The position numbers were made by a program, and so were the translations under genes. A stretch of DNA of 64,000 nucleotides from an uncultured Clostridia bacterium (GTDB lineage Bacteria > Bacillota > Clostridia > Christensenellales > Borkfalkiaceae), in the NCBI GenBank assembly GCA_947629575.1, contig CANREF010000005.1:47886-111885 (forward strand). Direction: 5' to 3'. The notes under the pieces are model-generated. The model was not told the origin of the DNA. It worked only from the letters and a program-made list of their open reading frames with translations, and did no database searches. Positions 44,530 through 53,745 of the stretch are shown piece by piece (within the stretch, counting starts at the first letter, position 1; each line of letters begins with the position of its first letter).

Positions 44530-45990
44530 TCACCACATCCCGATCCCCGTCATTTTTTTGGAAGCGCTGTTGCAAAGGAATACCAAAAGCATTCCGATCG
44601 CCGACTGGAAGAAGGACATCGCGGCGCCGATCCCATACTCGAGCTGCTGCATGCCCGTCCAGACGAGCCATGTATCGATGACTGTCGCCTTGTCCTTTGT
44701 AAGTGCTCCATAGAACAGCAGGAGCTGTTCTCCGCCCGCGCTCTTGAGAATATTCCCCAGATTGATGATGAGCAGGTAGATGATGATGGAAGCGATGCTC
44801 GGCAGGGTAATATGCACGATGCGCTGCCAAGGCCCTGCGCCGTCCAGCTTCGCCGCCTCATACAGTTCGGGTTGAACACCCGAGAGCGCCGCCATGTAGA
44901 GGATAGTCCCCCATCCGAGTTCCTTCCATATGGAGGTGACGATGACGATGGTAAGAAACCAATCCGGATCGTTGAGCGGGCTCATGGAAGTGTGCAGCAG
45001 GATACTGATGAGCCCCTCTTCATTGAGAAAGGCGCTCGCGATCGAGTAGATGATGACCCAACTGAAGAAGTGCGGGATGTAGACGATCGTCTGAACGACC
45101 CGTTTTGTCCTGCGCATCGAAAGGTCGTACAAAAAGATAGAGAGGAGCAGGGGCGGGATCGTCCCCGCGACCAAACGGAGCAAGCTGATATAGAGCGTAT
45201 TTCCGATCACCTTCAGCATGGTGGGATCTGCGAAGATGCTCTTGAAATTCTTTCCGCCGTTCCAGACGCTGTTGAAGAGCCCGTCGCCGAGCTTGAAATC
45301 CTTGAAGGACAGGATGAACTGAAGAAGGATGGGATAGAGACTGAACACGGCGATGAGAATGAGCGGGACTACCATGAATAGATAAGACGGGAGATAGCGT
45401 TTGAGCTTCTTCATCTTTTCCGCGGTGATCGCATAGCGGATCAGGGCGGAAAGCGCCAAAAACAGCGCGGCGATGAGCCAAAAGATCTCCGGTTGAAAGA
45501 CGCGGTAGGCCTCCTTGGCCTCGCCCGTAATATCCTCGGCAGGCGTTCCCGCAAAGAGGAAGACGAGATACACGATCACGCACCAAAGCGCGCCCGCGAG
45601 AGAGACGATGCTCGCGGCCCGGACGAGCCCCTTCCTCTCGTACCGCAGCGTCAAGACGCATAGGACAGTCTCCGTCACCAGCAATGCGGGGAAGAACAGC
45701 ACGCCAATCGCGGCGACCGCATTCAACGCCGTGGGCATCGTTACGGTGAGTTCGCCGATCCCCTCGCCGTAGTAGGAGAGATCGCCTCCCGAAAAAAGCG
45801 CGCGCAAGAGATCGATCCCGTTGAATGTCCCCTTGACGGAGATCGCCGCACTGTCCTTGGAGATGACCCCAACGAACAGCACCAGCACCGTGAAAACCGC
45901 CGCGACGGCAACGCCGATAAACGACTTCGCCATGGTTACGGAAAACTCTTTTCCGTCTGCCCTTTTTAACGCAAGAACCGATCCGGTCAT
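44530..45990 (-). CDS. carbohydrate ABC transporter permease (LplB type) with an extra ~175-aa, 4-TM N-terminal extension
   Basis: 486 aa. The canonical permease begins around KKLKRYLPSYLFMVVPLILIA and carries the EAA-loop YEAAKLDGAGPWQRIVHITLPSI. The N-terminal extension has four hydrophobic segments. Confidence 0.85.
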   Translation of the reverse strand: MTGSVLALKRADGKEFSVTMAKSFIGVAVAAVFTVLVLFVGVISKDSAAISVKGTFNGIDLLRALFSGGDLSYYGEGIGELTVTMPTALNAVAAIGVLFFPALLVTETVLCVLTLRYERKGLVRAASIVSLAGALWCVIVYLVFLFAGTPAEDITGEAKEAYRVFQPEIFWLIAALFLALSALIRYAITAEKMKKLKRYLPSYLFMVVPLILIAVFSLYPILLQFILSFKDFKLGDGLFNSVWNGGKNFKSIFADPTMLKVIGNTLYISLLRLVAGTIPPLLLSIFLYDLSMRRTKRVVQTIVYIPHFFSWVIIYSIASAFLNEEGLISILLHTSMSPLNDPDWFLTIVIVTSIWKELGWGTILYMAALSGVQPELYEAAKLDGAGPWQRIVHITLPSIASIIIYLLIINLGNILKSAGGEQLLLFYGALTKDKATVIDTWLVWTGMQQLEYGIGAAMSFFQSAIGMLLVFLCNSASKKMTGIGMW

Positions 45991-45991
45991 C

Positions 45992-48058
45992 TCATTCCTC
46001 CTTGCCGCCGAGCCGCTTCAGTCCGGCTTCCCGCACGTTCCCGGCGGCGATGTCGAACACGTAGCAGCCGTCTTCCATTCTGTCGTAACCGCCCGAGAGC
46101 GCAAAACACTTTCCGTCTAACAGCAGTGTGCCACTCTTTTTATCCGAATACACGCGGACATGGTCGCGCGTGAGAGAGATCTCCACCTTGCCGTCCCCCG
46201 CGGGAAGGGTGCACTCCAACCAATCGAGGTCTCCCATGTAGGGCTTCATGCGGAAGGTCGCATATCCGGGCTCTGCCGGCTCGAGTCCCGCAAAGTATCT
46301 GCCGAGCAGATAGAGCGGCCCCGCTCCCCAGGCATGGCAGAGGCTCTTCCCGAACGGTCTGCCGTACATCGCATATTTCTCGTTCCCCTTCTCCGCGGGG
46401 TCGTAGAATTCCCAGAAGGAGGTGGCGCCCTCATCGAGCATCCCGCCCCAATAGGAACGGATCTCGTTCAATACATAGTCCCTTTCGCCGATCTTACACA
46501 GTGCCTCCAACTCATACAGCCGCATATAGGGAGTGACGATCGCTTCGATATCCGCCGATGTGAGCACGCGCTCCGCCGCTTTGATCTGTTCCCCCTCGAG
46601 GAGCCCAAAGAGCAGGGCAAAGATGTGGGCGTGTTTCTTGATCTCCGGATGCGGCTTCCCGTCGATGCGGGTATGATAGAACACCCCGCGTTCTTTATCC
46701 CATAGCAGACGGAAGAGCGCTTCTTTTACCTCATCGCGATAGGCAAAATACTTTTTCCCATCCCTGTGGAACAGCTCGCAGAGCTTTCCCATGACGTCGA
46801 GCGACTTCCAGAAGAGGATCTGCTCGGCGGCCACTTCTCCGCGGTTGTCGAGATGCGCCCAGTCGAGAAAGACCCAATCGCACGGATCTCCTTCGAGAAG
46901 TCCGTCGGCATTCCGTCTCGTCATGGCAAATTGGATATGCGCCTCCGCAATGGGAAGCATCCGTTCGAGGAATCGAACATCGCCGATGTATTGATAGTAA
47001 TCCCAAAGGCTGATGATCCAAAGGAAGGAATAGTCCATGATGTGGTTGATGAAGGTGCTCACAGGCTTTTTCCCCGCAAGTGCGATCATGGTGCGCTCGA
47101 CCGTCTTTCTGTCGAAGAAGGAATAATAGCTCATGAGATAGCATTGGTAAGCATCCCCCGCCCATACCCATCGGTCACGCTTCAAACCGTCGAGATAGAA
47201 CTCCCGCGTGTTCAAAGCAAGCGTGTCCCGCGCAACGGAATAGATGCGGTCCACTCTTTCATCCGAACAGCGGAATGCGCTGCGGGAGCGGGTGGGATTG
47301 TATTCCCGAAAGATCTTCAGCCGCCCGAGCGCCTCCTCGCTGTCGCATTCGAGCAAGATATAGCGACATGCCTTGGCGATGAGGGTCTCCGTATGCAAAG
47401 CAAGGTCGAGCGTGTCGGTGAGTTCGCACTCCCCCTTTGCGCGCGCCTCGATCTCACTTTCGCCGTAATAAATGTGCACCGTCCCAGAGGAAGCACCGTT
47501 AAAGCGGAGCTTTGCCATCATCTCCGCCCCGCAATCCACCAACATGCTCCCTTTTCCGCGCTCGAGGACTTCATAGGAGATCTCCTCGAGGCAGAAGCGG
47601 AAATAGGAGGGAGGTGAGAGCGGATCGGTTAGCCCGGCACAGCCCGCATGGACATACCCGAAATCGTTGCAGGTCACGAGGAAGGTCTCGTCGCTCTTCA
47701 ACGTCTTCCCGTCTACAAAGAGAGCGGGCAGACCGCTTTCGTTATACACGGAAACGGTCATGCGGTAATTCCCCGCGCCAAGCAAGACCTTCCCGCAAAA
47801 ATTCCTCAAGGGAATGTTCGCGGGCGCTTCGATGCGGTCGATAATGACATTGAATTTACCGTTCGCATAAACGGAGATCTCCTCAGGCGTCGACAGGGAA
47901 AATTCTTTCACGAATTTTACATTGGCATAAGGGCTGTCCATTCGCCAGAAGGGGGGGATGAACACATCCCCTTCATAGCGGGAAGTGAGGCAGTGATTCA
48001 ACTGCACGAGCTCATAATCTCCGAAATACCAGATCCATTCAGCTTTATTACTTTTCAT
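45992..48058 (-). CDS. GH78-like (alpha-L-rhamnosidase fold) six-hairpin glycoside hydrolase
   Basis: The start is set at ATG 48058 (MKSNKAEWIWYFGDYE) by analogy with the paralogue 53742..55751; ATG 48094 is also possible. Motifs: LDGLKRDRWVWAGDAYQ (compare the GH78 DCPQRDERLGWTGDA pattern) and GKSLCHAWGAGPLYLL. Confidence 0.65.
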   Translation of the reverse strand: MKSNKAEWIWYFGDYELVQLNHCLTSRYEGDVFIPPFWRMDSPYANVKFVKEFSLSTPEEISVYANGKFNVIIDRIEAPANIPLRNFCGKVLLGAGNYRMTVSVYNESGLPALFVDGKTLKSDETFLVTCNDFGYVHAGCAGLTDPLSPPSYFRFCLEEISYEVLERGKGSMLVDCGAEMMAKLRFNGASSGTVHIYYGESEIEARAKGECELTDTLDLALHTETLIAKACRYILLECDSEEALGRLKIFREYNPTRSRSAFRCSDERVDRIYSVARDTLALNTREFYLDGLKRDRWVWAGDAYQCYLMSYYSFFDRKTVERTMIALAGKKPVSTFINHIMDYSFLWIISLWDYYQYIGDVRFLERMLPIAEAHIQFAMTRRNADGLLEGDPCDWVFLDWAHLDNRGEVAAEQILFWKSLDVMGKLCELFHRDGKKYFAYRDEVKEALFRLLWDKERGVFYHTRIDGKPHPEIKKHAHIFALLFGLLEGEQIKAAERVLTSADIEAIVTPYMRLYELEALCKIGERDYVLNEIRSYWGGMLDEGATSFWEFYDPAEKGNEKYAMYGRPFGKSLCHAWGAGPLYLLGRYFAGLEPAEPGYATFRMKPYMGDLDWLECTLPAGDGKVEISLTRDHVRVYSDKKSGTLLLDGKCFALSGGYDRMEDGCYVFDIAAGNVREAGLKRLGGKEE

Positions 48059-48118
48059 TTTGCATTCTCGCACATGGTTTTTTCGCTCTGTCATGAAGTA
48101 TGCTTTTTTACGATTTTT

Positions 48119-48156
48119 ATTATAACATAATCTTTTCAATGGAAAAATGGTAAATT
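48119..48156 (-). promoter_or_regulatory. promoter P2 of the ABC/GH operon, with the same AATTTACCATT box as P1
   Basis: Minus strand: AATTTACCATT, 21 nt, then TATAAT, with ATGT preceding the -10. Box, spacing and -10 context are identical to 32180..32217. Confidence 0.55.
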
Positions 48157-48416
48157 GATACAGAAGTTTGTGATTTAACCTATTATTTTTTTCAAAGATA
48201 TGCGAGATTTTTTACCTTTTGGGGAGGAAGCATTGGTAAATCAGGCTAAAAATCGAAAAATGCTTTAAGGATTAACAAAATAGCTATATACCAATGCCCG
48301 CGTCTGTTTTTGCCAATGGTAGTTCCTTCTGAAGAGACGCTCCCCTCCTTCCAAGGGGCGGTAAAGACCATTACATGTGACCCGGGGAAGCGAATTTTCC
48401 CATTGGAGAAAGATAG

Positions 48417-48443
48417 AAGAGCCGCCCCGGAAGGGCGGCTCTT
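48417..48443 (-). terminator. intrinsic terminator after the giant lipoprotein gene
   Basis: AAGAGCCGCCC-ttccg-GGGCGGCTCTT followed by CTATCTTTCT on the minus strand, 31 nt after the stop at 48475. Confidence 0.7.
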
Positions 48444-48474
48444 GAATTTCCCCGCAAGGGGGCGGGCTGCGTAA

Positions 48475-51400
48475 TTACGCTTTTACCAATGTGAGTGTTG
48501 CGGATTGCCAAAGCTCGGTGCCGTCTACAAGCGGTGCGCCGCGCTGGAGTGTGAGCACAACGCTGTCTTCGAACTTGGCGAGATACGCCGCCTTGATCCA
48601 GACTGCATTCCCTCTGAGCTCATAGTCGACGCCAAGCTGCAATTCGGTCTGCCCTTGCAAAATACGGAAGGCGTTGAAACCGTTCTTCGCCTCGGCGTTG
48701 GTATGCCGCGAAACATAGACGTCTTGCGTGACATCGGTGACCTGCACCGTCTCATTGTTCCCGAATTCGACCTTCGTATCATCCGGTTTCATGTAATTGT
48801 AAGAGCCTTGCGTACAGCGATCGACAGCGCTCTCGAAGAGTTCGAAGGAAGCGATGTTGAGCTTTTGCGCTTCCGTCCCCCAAAGAATGAGCTCGCTGTC
48901 CGCTGCTTTCATACCGGCGACATACGCCGTCCAGACATAAGCATTGTTATCAAGCTGTTCGATGCTGCAACGGATATCTCTTGCCGAGTCGCCCACACTG
49001 CGATCCATTGCGCCGTTTTTGATCCAGCTTGCATCAAAACCTGCGCTTGCATGATTCCATTTCAACAGCAGACCCTTGACGGGCTCATCGTTCTCGGTAC
49101 GGAATACCATGCGGACGATATAAAATTTCTCGGCGGAGAGCTTTTTGAGGGCAAGTACGCCGGGCCCATTCGCGTTGATCGCAAGCGTATTGCCGAGAAC
49201 GTCATCTTTTTCAATGGTGGGCGTTCCGCTCCAATACTCGATCCCGGTCCCCGTGATGTCCTTTTCAACCGCACCGACTTCGAAGTAGTTGAAATTCACA
49301 ACGCCGATGGTGCTTTCGGTGTGGACGGTGTCGTTGCCGTAGACGGAAGCGGAAAGCTCCACGGTGCGGTTGTCCTGTCCTTCGGAAGTCATGGTGAGTT
49401 TGAAGATATGAAGCCCGGGGGCAAGCCCGTTGAGGTAGTCCGCCTTGAGGGTGAAGAGGCCGCTTGCGACATCATAGGAATAGTTCGCCGCAGCCACCGT
49501 CTGCTCACCCAATTCAACGGTGGAGACGATATAGCCCTCGGAGGTCACCGTCCAGAAGAGATCGCCCCTATCGGCGCCCTGCTTCTGCATGGGGTTCGTG
49601 CCGTCCACGACCTTGACGTCGATGGTGGAAGATTCCCAATAGATCGTACCGTCGATCCGCTTTGCGCCGCGCTGCAGGGTGAGGGTGACGGTCTCGCCCG
49701 CGCCGATGCCCGAAAGATAGGAGGCCTTGAGCCACAGCTCATCGTTGCTTTTCCGCTCATAGTCGGCATCCGTGAGCGCAGTGCCGTCCTTCATGACGCG
49801 GAACTCGGTGAAGCCGCCCGATGCGGGCACGTTGACATTCTGCGCGATGCGAAGGTCCTTATCGACCGAAGCCGTGACGACGGTGGAGTGCTCGACGAAG
49901 TTCGGTTTCATCGTGTAATCGGCATGCTTGTAAGTGGCCTCGGCTGCGAGCTTCAGATCGGCTTCATAGAGTTCGAAGGAAGCGATGCGGATCGGCGCCT
50001 GCGTGCCATCGTTGATCCAGAGGATGAGGTCTCTGTCTGCAGAGTCAATGGAGCCGATATATGCGATCCACACATATGAGCCATCCTCTCTCTTTTCGAT
50101 GGTGGAGCGGACGTCGCGGGCAGAACCGCTCATAACGATCGCATCGTTTGCCACCGTGCAGGCGTCGCGAGCACCCGACGATGCATTCCACTTGAACAAA
50201 ATGTTCTTGATGGGCTGGCCGTCCGTCGGGCGGAAGATCATGCGGACGAGATAGTATTTGTCCCCCGAAAGGGTCTTGATGGACAGGAGTCCGGGCCCCG
50301 TGGAGGTAATGGCAAGCGAGTTGCCGAGGATCTCATCGGTCACGATCTCGGGCGTTCCGCTCCAATAGGACAGGCCCGTGCCCGTGATGTCCTTTTCCAC
50401 CGCGCCCGGCGCGAAGGTGTTGAAATCAACGACGCCGATAGTGCCCTCCGTATGCGCTTTTTCATCGCCATAGACGGAAGCGGAGAGGTCGATGACGAGA
50501 TCTTCTTTGCCGTCCGCCTTGAAGGTCAGGCGATACTTGTGCAGGCCGAGGGTGAGGGTGTTGAGATACTCTGCCTTGAGGGTGAAGGTCTTTTCGGCGG
50601 CGCTGTATTCGTACTTGTCGGAAGCGACCGCTTCGCCGCCGCTCGTGACGGAGTCGAGGGTGTAGCCTTCCGTTTCAAGCTCCCACACGAGCGCTTCCTT
50701 TTCGGAGGTCTGCTTCTGCAGCTTTGCCGTGCGGTCGGTGGCCCTCTCCAATACCGTCACGATGATGGTCGCGGGCTGCCAATACGTTCCGTCGATGAGC
50801 GGTGCGCCGCGCTCGGGCGTGAAGGTGACGCTTTCGCCCGCGCCGATGCCGGCAAGATAGGAGGCCTTGAGCCACAGGGCGTTGCCCCTCAGCTCGTAAT
50901 CCTTCCCCTTCTCGAGGATCGTATCCTGCACCTTGAGACGGAAATCGTTGAAGCCTTTCTTATTCTCGCTGTTAATGTGCTGCGCAAGCTGCAGGTCTGC
51001 GGAGGTGTCCATCGTCGTGATCGTGGAAGTCTTTGCCCAGGTAACCGTATTGGTATAATCGAGATACTGATAATCGGGTTCCTCAACTGCGGGGAAGGAG
51101 GTCTTGAACAGCTCGACAGAGGCGATGTTGAGCCTCTGCGCCTCGACCACATAGAGGATGAGGTGGCAGCCGTCCACCTTCGGTGCGCTCAGATATGCCG
51201 TCCAGACGAATGCCCCGTCCTCACGCTGCACCATGGTGGAGCGCACTTCTTTGTTGATGGTTCTGTCCATCTCGCCTTTTCTGTACCATGCGGAATTCAC
51301 GGAATCGTTGTCGTGGCCTTGGCAGTCCCATTTCCAAAGCAGGCTCTTGACCGCCTCGTCGTTCTCGGTACGGAATACCATACGGATGACATAGATATAC

Positions 51401-53745
51401 GGACGCTCCACGTTATCATTCATGATAAAGCCGATGTCGCGGGGCAGACCGTCGATGGAGATCACGCCGCCGCCGTTTTCGGTGATCGCGAGCACATTAC
51501 CGAGAACATCGTCCTCGACGATCTTGGGCGGATTTTCCGTCTTGTAGGTGCTCAGTGCGTCGTTCGGGATGTCCTCAACGGACGTGCCGACCGCATAGTC
51601 GTTGAAGTTCACGACCCCGAAAGTGTCCTCTGTCTGCACTGCGCCGAAGGGCCCGTCCTTGGAGGCGGTAGTCCCATAGACGGCTGCGCCGAGCTTGATG
51701 GTGAATTCCTCCTCCGCTGCGGTGAAGCGCGCCTCATAGAGGTGCAGCCCCGCGAAGAGGGCGTTGAGATATTCCGCCTTGAGGGTGAGCTTGCTCCCCT
51801 CGAACGTATAGGCGGAGGCGTCGAGCTTGGTGCCGTTCTCGGAGATGTCCGCAAAGGTGTATCCGCCGAGGTCGAACTCATATTCGAGCGCTTCCTTCGC
51901 CGCCGTCTGCTTCTGCGTGAGCGCGGATGTGAGCGAAGGCAGGGCCGCCGTGTAAACGGTGACCTTCACGGTGGCGGTCGCCGTATCCGTAGCGCCATAG
52001 AGGTCCTTTACATAGGTGAAGGTGAGCTCAACGTCGTGGTCGCCGACGCCGAGGGTCTGCAGCCAGCTGTTCTTGAGGGTCAGCGTGCCGTTTTCAAAGC
52101 TGTACTGTGCTTCCGTGAGCGCGTCCTCCCCGCAGCTTGCGGAGGTGAACGTCATGCCCTTGGGAATGGCGAGCGAAACCGTCTTGTCCTCCCCCTCCTG
52201 CTTGCTGTACTGCACGCTGCCCGTGGGCATAGTGACGGAAGCGGGAAGGTCGGTGCGGAGAATGGAGAAGTTGTCGAGCACGACCGTACCCGTGCCGCCG
52301 TCAACGAACGTCAGGCGGAAATGCTGGCCCGCCTCGGTGGGAGTGACGTACACCTCCGCGGTGAGCACCTCCGTGTCTTTGTTATAAGAGAAGGTGCTGC
52401 GCTCGTCGATCCCGGAGACCTTTACAAATTCGTCTGCCGAATTGTCATAGCTGAGCCTGAGCTCATCGGTCTCGCTTCCGTTGCTGCCGAAGAGACGGAA
52501 CACGAGGTGAGGGGTGCGGGCGTCGCCCGCCGTGAGGAGCTTGAGGTCCATCTTCACGCGGTAGGTCGTTCCCGCAGCAGAGCTGAAGTTCACGCCGAAG
52601 AGGATGTTCCACGGGGTCGTAGCGGTGATGCTCGTGATGGCAAGGGAGCGTCCCTCGATGGCGTCCTCGCCCGAGATCACCTCGTTGGTGGTGCCGACGG
52701 TGGTGGTGTAGAAGGTATTGGTCGTATCAAAGGTGGTGATCGTGCCGCCGAAGTTGGAGCCGTCTGCCAAGGAGTCGAAGTTGTTCATGACCTCCTTGCT
52801 TGCCTTGACGAGCTGGGCCTCTCCTTCCTTACCGTAAGCGCCCACCGCAAACGGGAACACCGAATTTTCTTCATCCTCCACGCTTACGCGGTAACGCACG
52901 ATGCCCGCATGTTCCTCGGAAAGGATGTCGCCCGAAACGGTGAGGGTGTGCTCGGAGGGGCTGTATTCGGCGTCCTCCGTTTCCGCCCAGGCCTTGGTCG
53001 CCTCGTTATAGCGCTCCACGGTGTATTCCTGCCCTGCCGCATCCAAGGTGAATACGATGTCGTCGTCGGGGCTCGACTGCACCTTGTAGGCCTCGGCGTC
53101 GAACTTCGCCGCCACGACCGAGCTGAAGCAGTGGATGACGAAGTCGATGTCGCCCACGCTCGTCGTGATCTTGCAGGCGTTGTCGCCGTCGTTGCACGCG
53201 GTGTCGATGACGTCTTTGCCGATGGTGAGGTTGCCGTTTTCAAAGGTGTACTGCGCAGCCGTGAGCGCCGTATCGCCCACGGTGACGCCGAGCAGGGTCG
53301 CTCCGCCCAAATCGACCTTAAAGACGAGGTCCTGCGGGTCGTTCCAGTCGAACTCGCCCGTTTTGGGTGTGACGGTGGCCTGCTTGAAGCAGATGACCGT
53401 GAAGGAAAGCTCGTTCTTCGCGGTTTTGGCCGTCATGGGATAAGTCCCCGCGGCCAGCGTTTCGAGCCAGCTTGCCTTGAGGACCAAGGCAGACTCCTCG
53501 ACCGTCCAATTGTCGGCAGCGACCTCCGTTCCTCCGCAAAGCAGAGCGGTGATCTCCTCGTCGCCGAGGGTCACCTCGAATCTGAGGTCTGTCCCGCTTC
53601 CGCCGACATAGGTCGCGGAAGAGGGCGAAATGCCGAGCTCGCCGTTAGACCCGCCGCCGTTGTCGCACCCGGCAAAGGCCAGGCCGAAACAGAGCACGAG
53701 CGCCGCTAACAGGATGCCGATCAAGCTCTTGTGGTGTTTGTTCAT
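48475..53745 (-). CDS. giant lipoprotein made of CBM_X2-like Ig domains and CBM-like beta-sandwich modules
   Basis: ORF trimmed to ATG 53745 (AAAGGAGGA SD; the ATG overlaps the upstream stop as ATGA). Lipobox LCFGLAFAGC. 1756 aa. It contains many X2-type signatures (ISPSSATYVGGSGTDLRFEVTL…ALVLKASWLETL; …TLTLKNSWLQTL; …LTLKAEYLNAL). There is no C-terminal anchor. Confidence 0.8.
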   Translation of the reverse strand: MNKHHKSLIGILLAALVLCFGLAFAGCDNGGGSNGELGISPSSATYVGGSGTDLRFEVTLGDEEITALLCGGTEVAADNWTVEESALVLKASWLETLAAGTYPMTAKTAKNELSFTVICFKQATVTPKTGEFDWNDPQDLVFKVDLGGATLLGVTVGDTALTAAQYTFENGNLTIGKDVIDTACNDGDNACKITTSVGDIDFVIHCFSSVVAAKFDAEAYKVQSSPDDDIVFTLDAAGQEYTVERYNEATKAWAETEDAEYSPSEHTLTVSGDILSEEHAGIVRYRVSVEDEENSVFPFAVGAYGKEGEAQLVKASKEVMNNFDSLADGSNFGGTITTFDTTNTFYTTTVGTTNEVISGEDAIEGRSLAITSITATTPWNILFGVNFSSAAGTTYRVKMDLKLLTAGDARTPHLVFRLFGSNGSETDELRLSYDNSADEFVKVSGIDERSTFSYNKDTEVLTAEVYVTPTEAGQHFRLTFVDGGTGTVVLDNFSILRTDLPASVTMPTGSVQYSKQEGEDKTVSLAIPKGMTFTSASCGEDALTEAQYSFENGTLTLKNSWLQTLGVGDHDVELTFTYVKDLYGATDTATATVKVTVYTAALPSLTSALTQKQTAAKEALEYEFDLGGYTFADISENGTKLDASAYTFEGSKLTLKAEYLNALFAGLHLYEARFTAAEEEFTIKLGAAVYGTTASKDGPFGAVQTEDTFGVVNFNDYAVGTSVEDIPNDALSTYKTENPPKIVEDDVLGNVLAITENGGGVISIDGLPRDIGFIMNDNVERPYIYVIRMVFRTENDEAVKSLLWKWDCQGHDNDSVNSAWYRKGEMDRTINKEVRSTMVQREDGAFVWTAYLSAPKVDGCHLILYVVEAQRLNIASVELFKTSFPAVEEPDYQYLDYTNTVTWAKTSTITTMDTSADLQLAQHINSENKKGFNDFRLKVQDTILEKGKDYELRGNALWLKASYLAGIGAGESVTFTPERGAPLIDGTYWQPATIIVTVLERATDRTAKLQKQTSEKEALVWELETEGYTLDSVTSGGEAVASDKYEYSAAEKTFTLKAEYLNTLTLGLHKYRLTFKADGKEDLVIDLSASVYGDEKAHTEGTIGVVDFNTFAPGAVEKDITGTGLSYWSGTPEIVTDEILGNSLAITSTGPGLLSIKTLSGDKYYLVRMIFRPTDGQPIKNILFKWNASSGARDACTVANDAIVMSGSARDVRSTIEKREDGSYVWIAYIGSIDSADRDLILWINDGTQAPIRIASFELYEADLKLAAEATYKHADYTMKPNFVEHSTVVTASVDKDLRIAQNVNVPASGGFTEFRVMKDGTALTDADYERKSNDELWLKASYLSGIGAGETVTLTLQRGAKRIDGTIYWESSTIDVKVVDGTNPMQKQGADRGDLFWTVTSEGYIVSTVELGEQTVAAANYSYDVASGLFTLKADYLNGLAPGLHIFKLTMTSEGQDNRTVELSASVYGNDTVHTESTIGVVNFNYFEVGAVEKDITGTGIEYWSGTPTIEKDDVLGNTLAINANGPGVLALKKLSAEKFYIVRMVFRTENDEPVKGLLLKWNHASAGFDASWIKNGAMDRSVGDSARDIRCSIEQLDNNAYVWTAYVAGMKAADSELILWGTEAQKLNIASFELFESAVDRCTQGSYNYMKPDDTKVEFGNNETVQVTDVTQDVYVSRHTNAEAKNGFNAFRILQGQTELQLGVDYELRGNAVWIKAAYLAKFEDSVVLTLQRGAPLVDGTELWQSATLTLVKA
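48478..51912 (-). repeat. three tandem intragenic repeats (1107, 1131 and 1197 nt), each encoding X2-like, CBM-like and X2-like modules
   Basis: The units begin with KQTAAKEALEYEFDLGGY (51912), KQTSEKEALVWELETEGY (50715) and KQGADRGDLFWTVTSEGY (49584). They are colinear to …GAPLIDGTYWQPATIIVTV, …IDGTIYWESSTIDVKVV and …VDGTELWQSATLTLVKA. Confidence 0.85.

Noticed and set aside
50452-53709. 1085-aa plus-strand ORF; likewise 57386..60217 (943 aa), 54378..55763 and 48505..50079
   Set aside because: All are antisense to strongly supported minus-strand genes. They show the repeat periodicity of the sense gene only as a mirror image and have no independent coding evidence.
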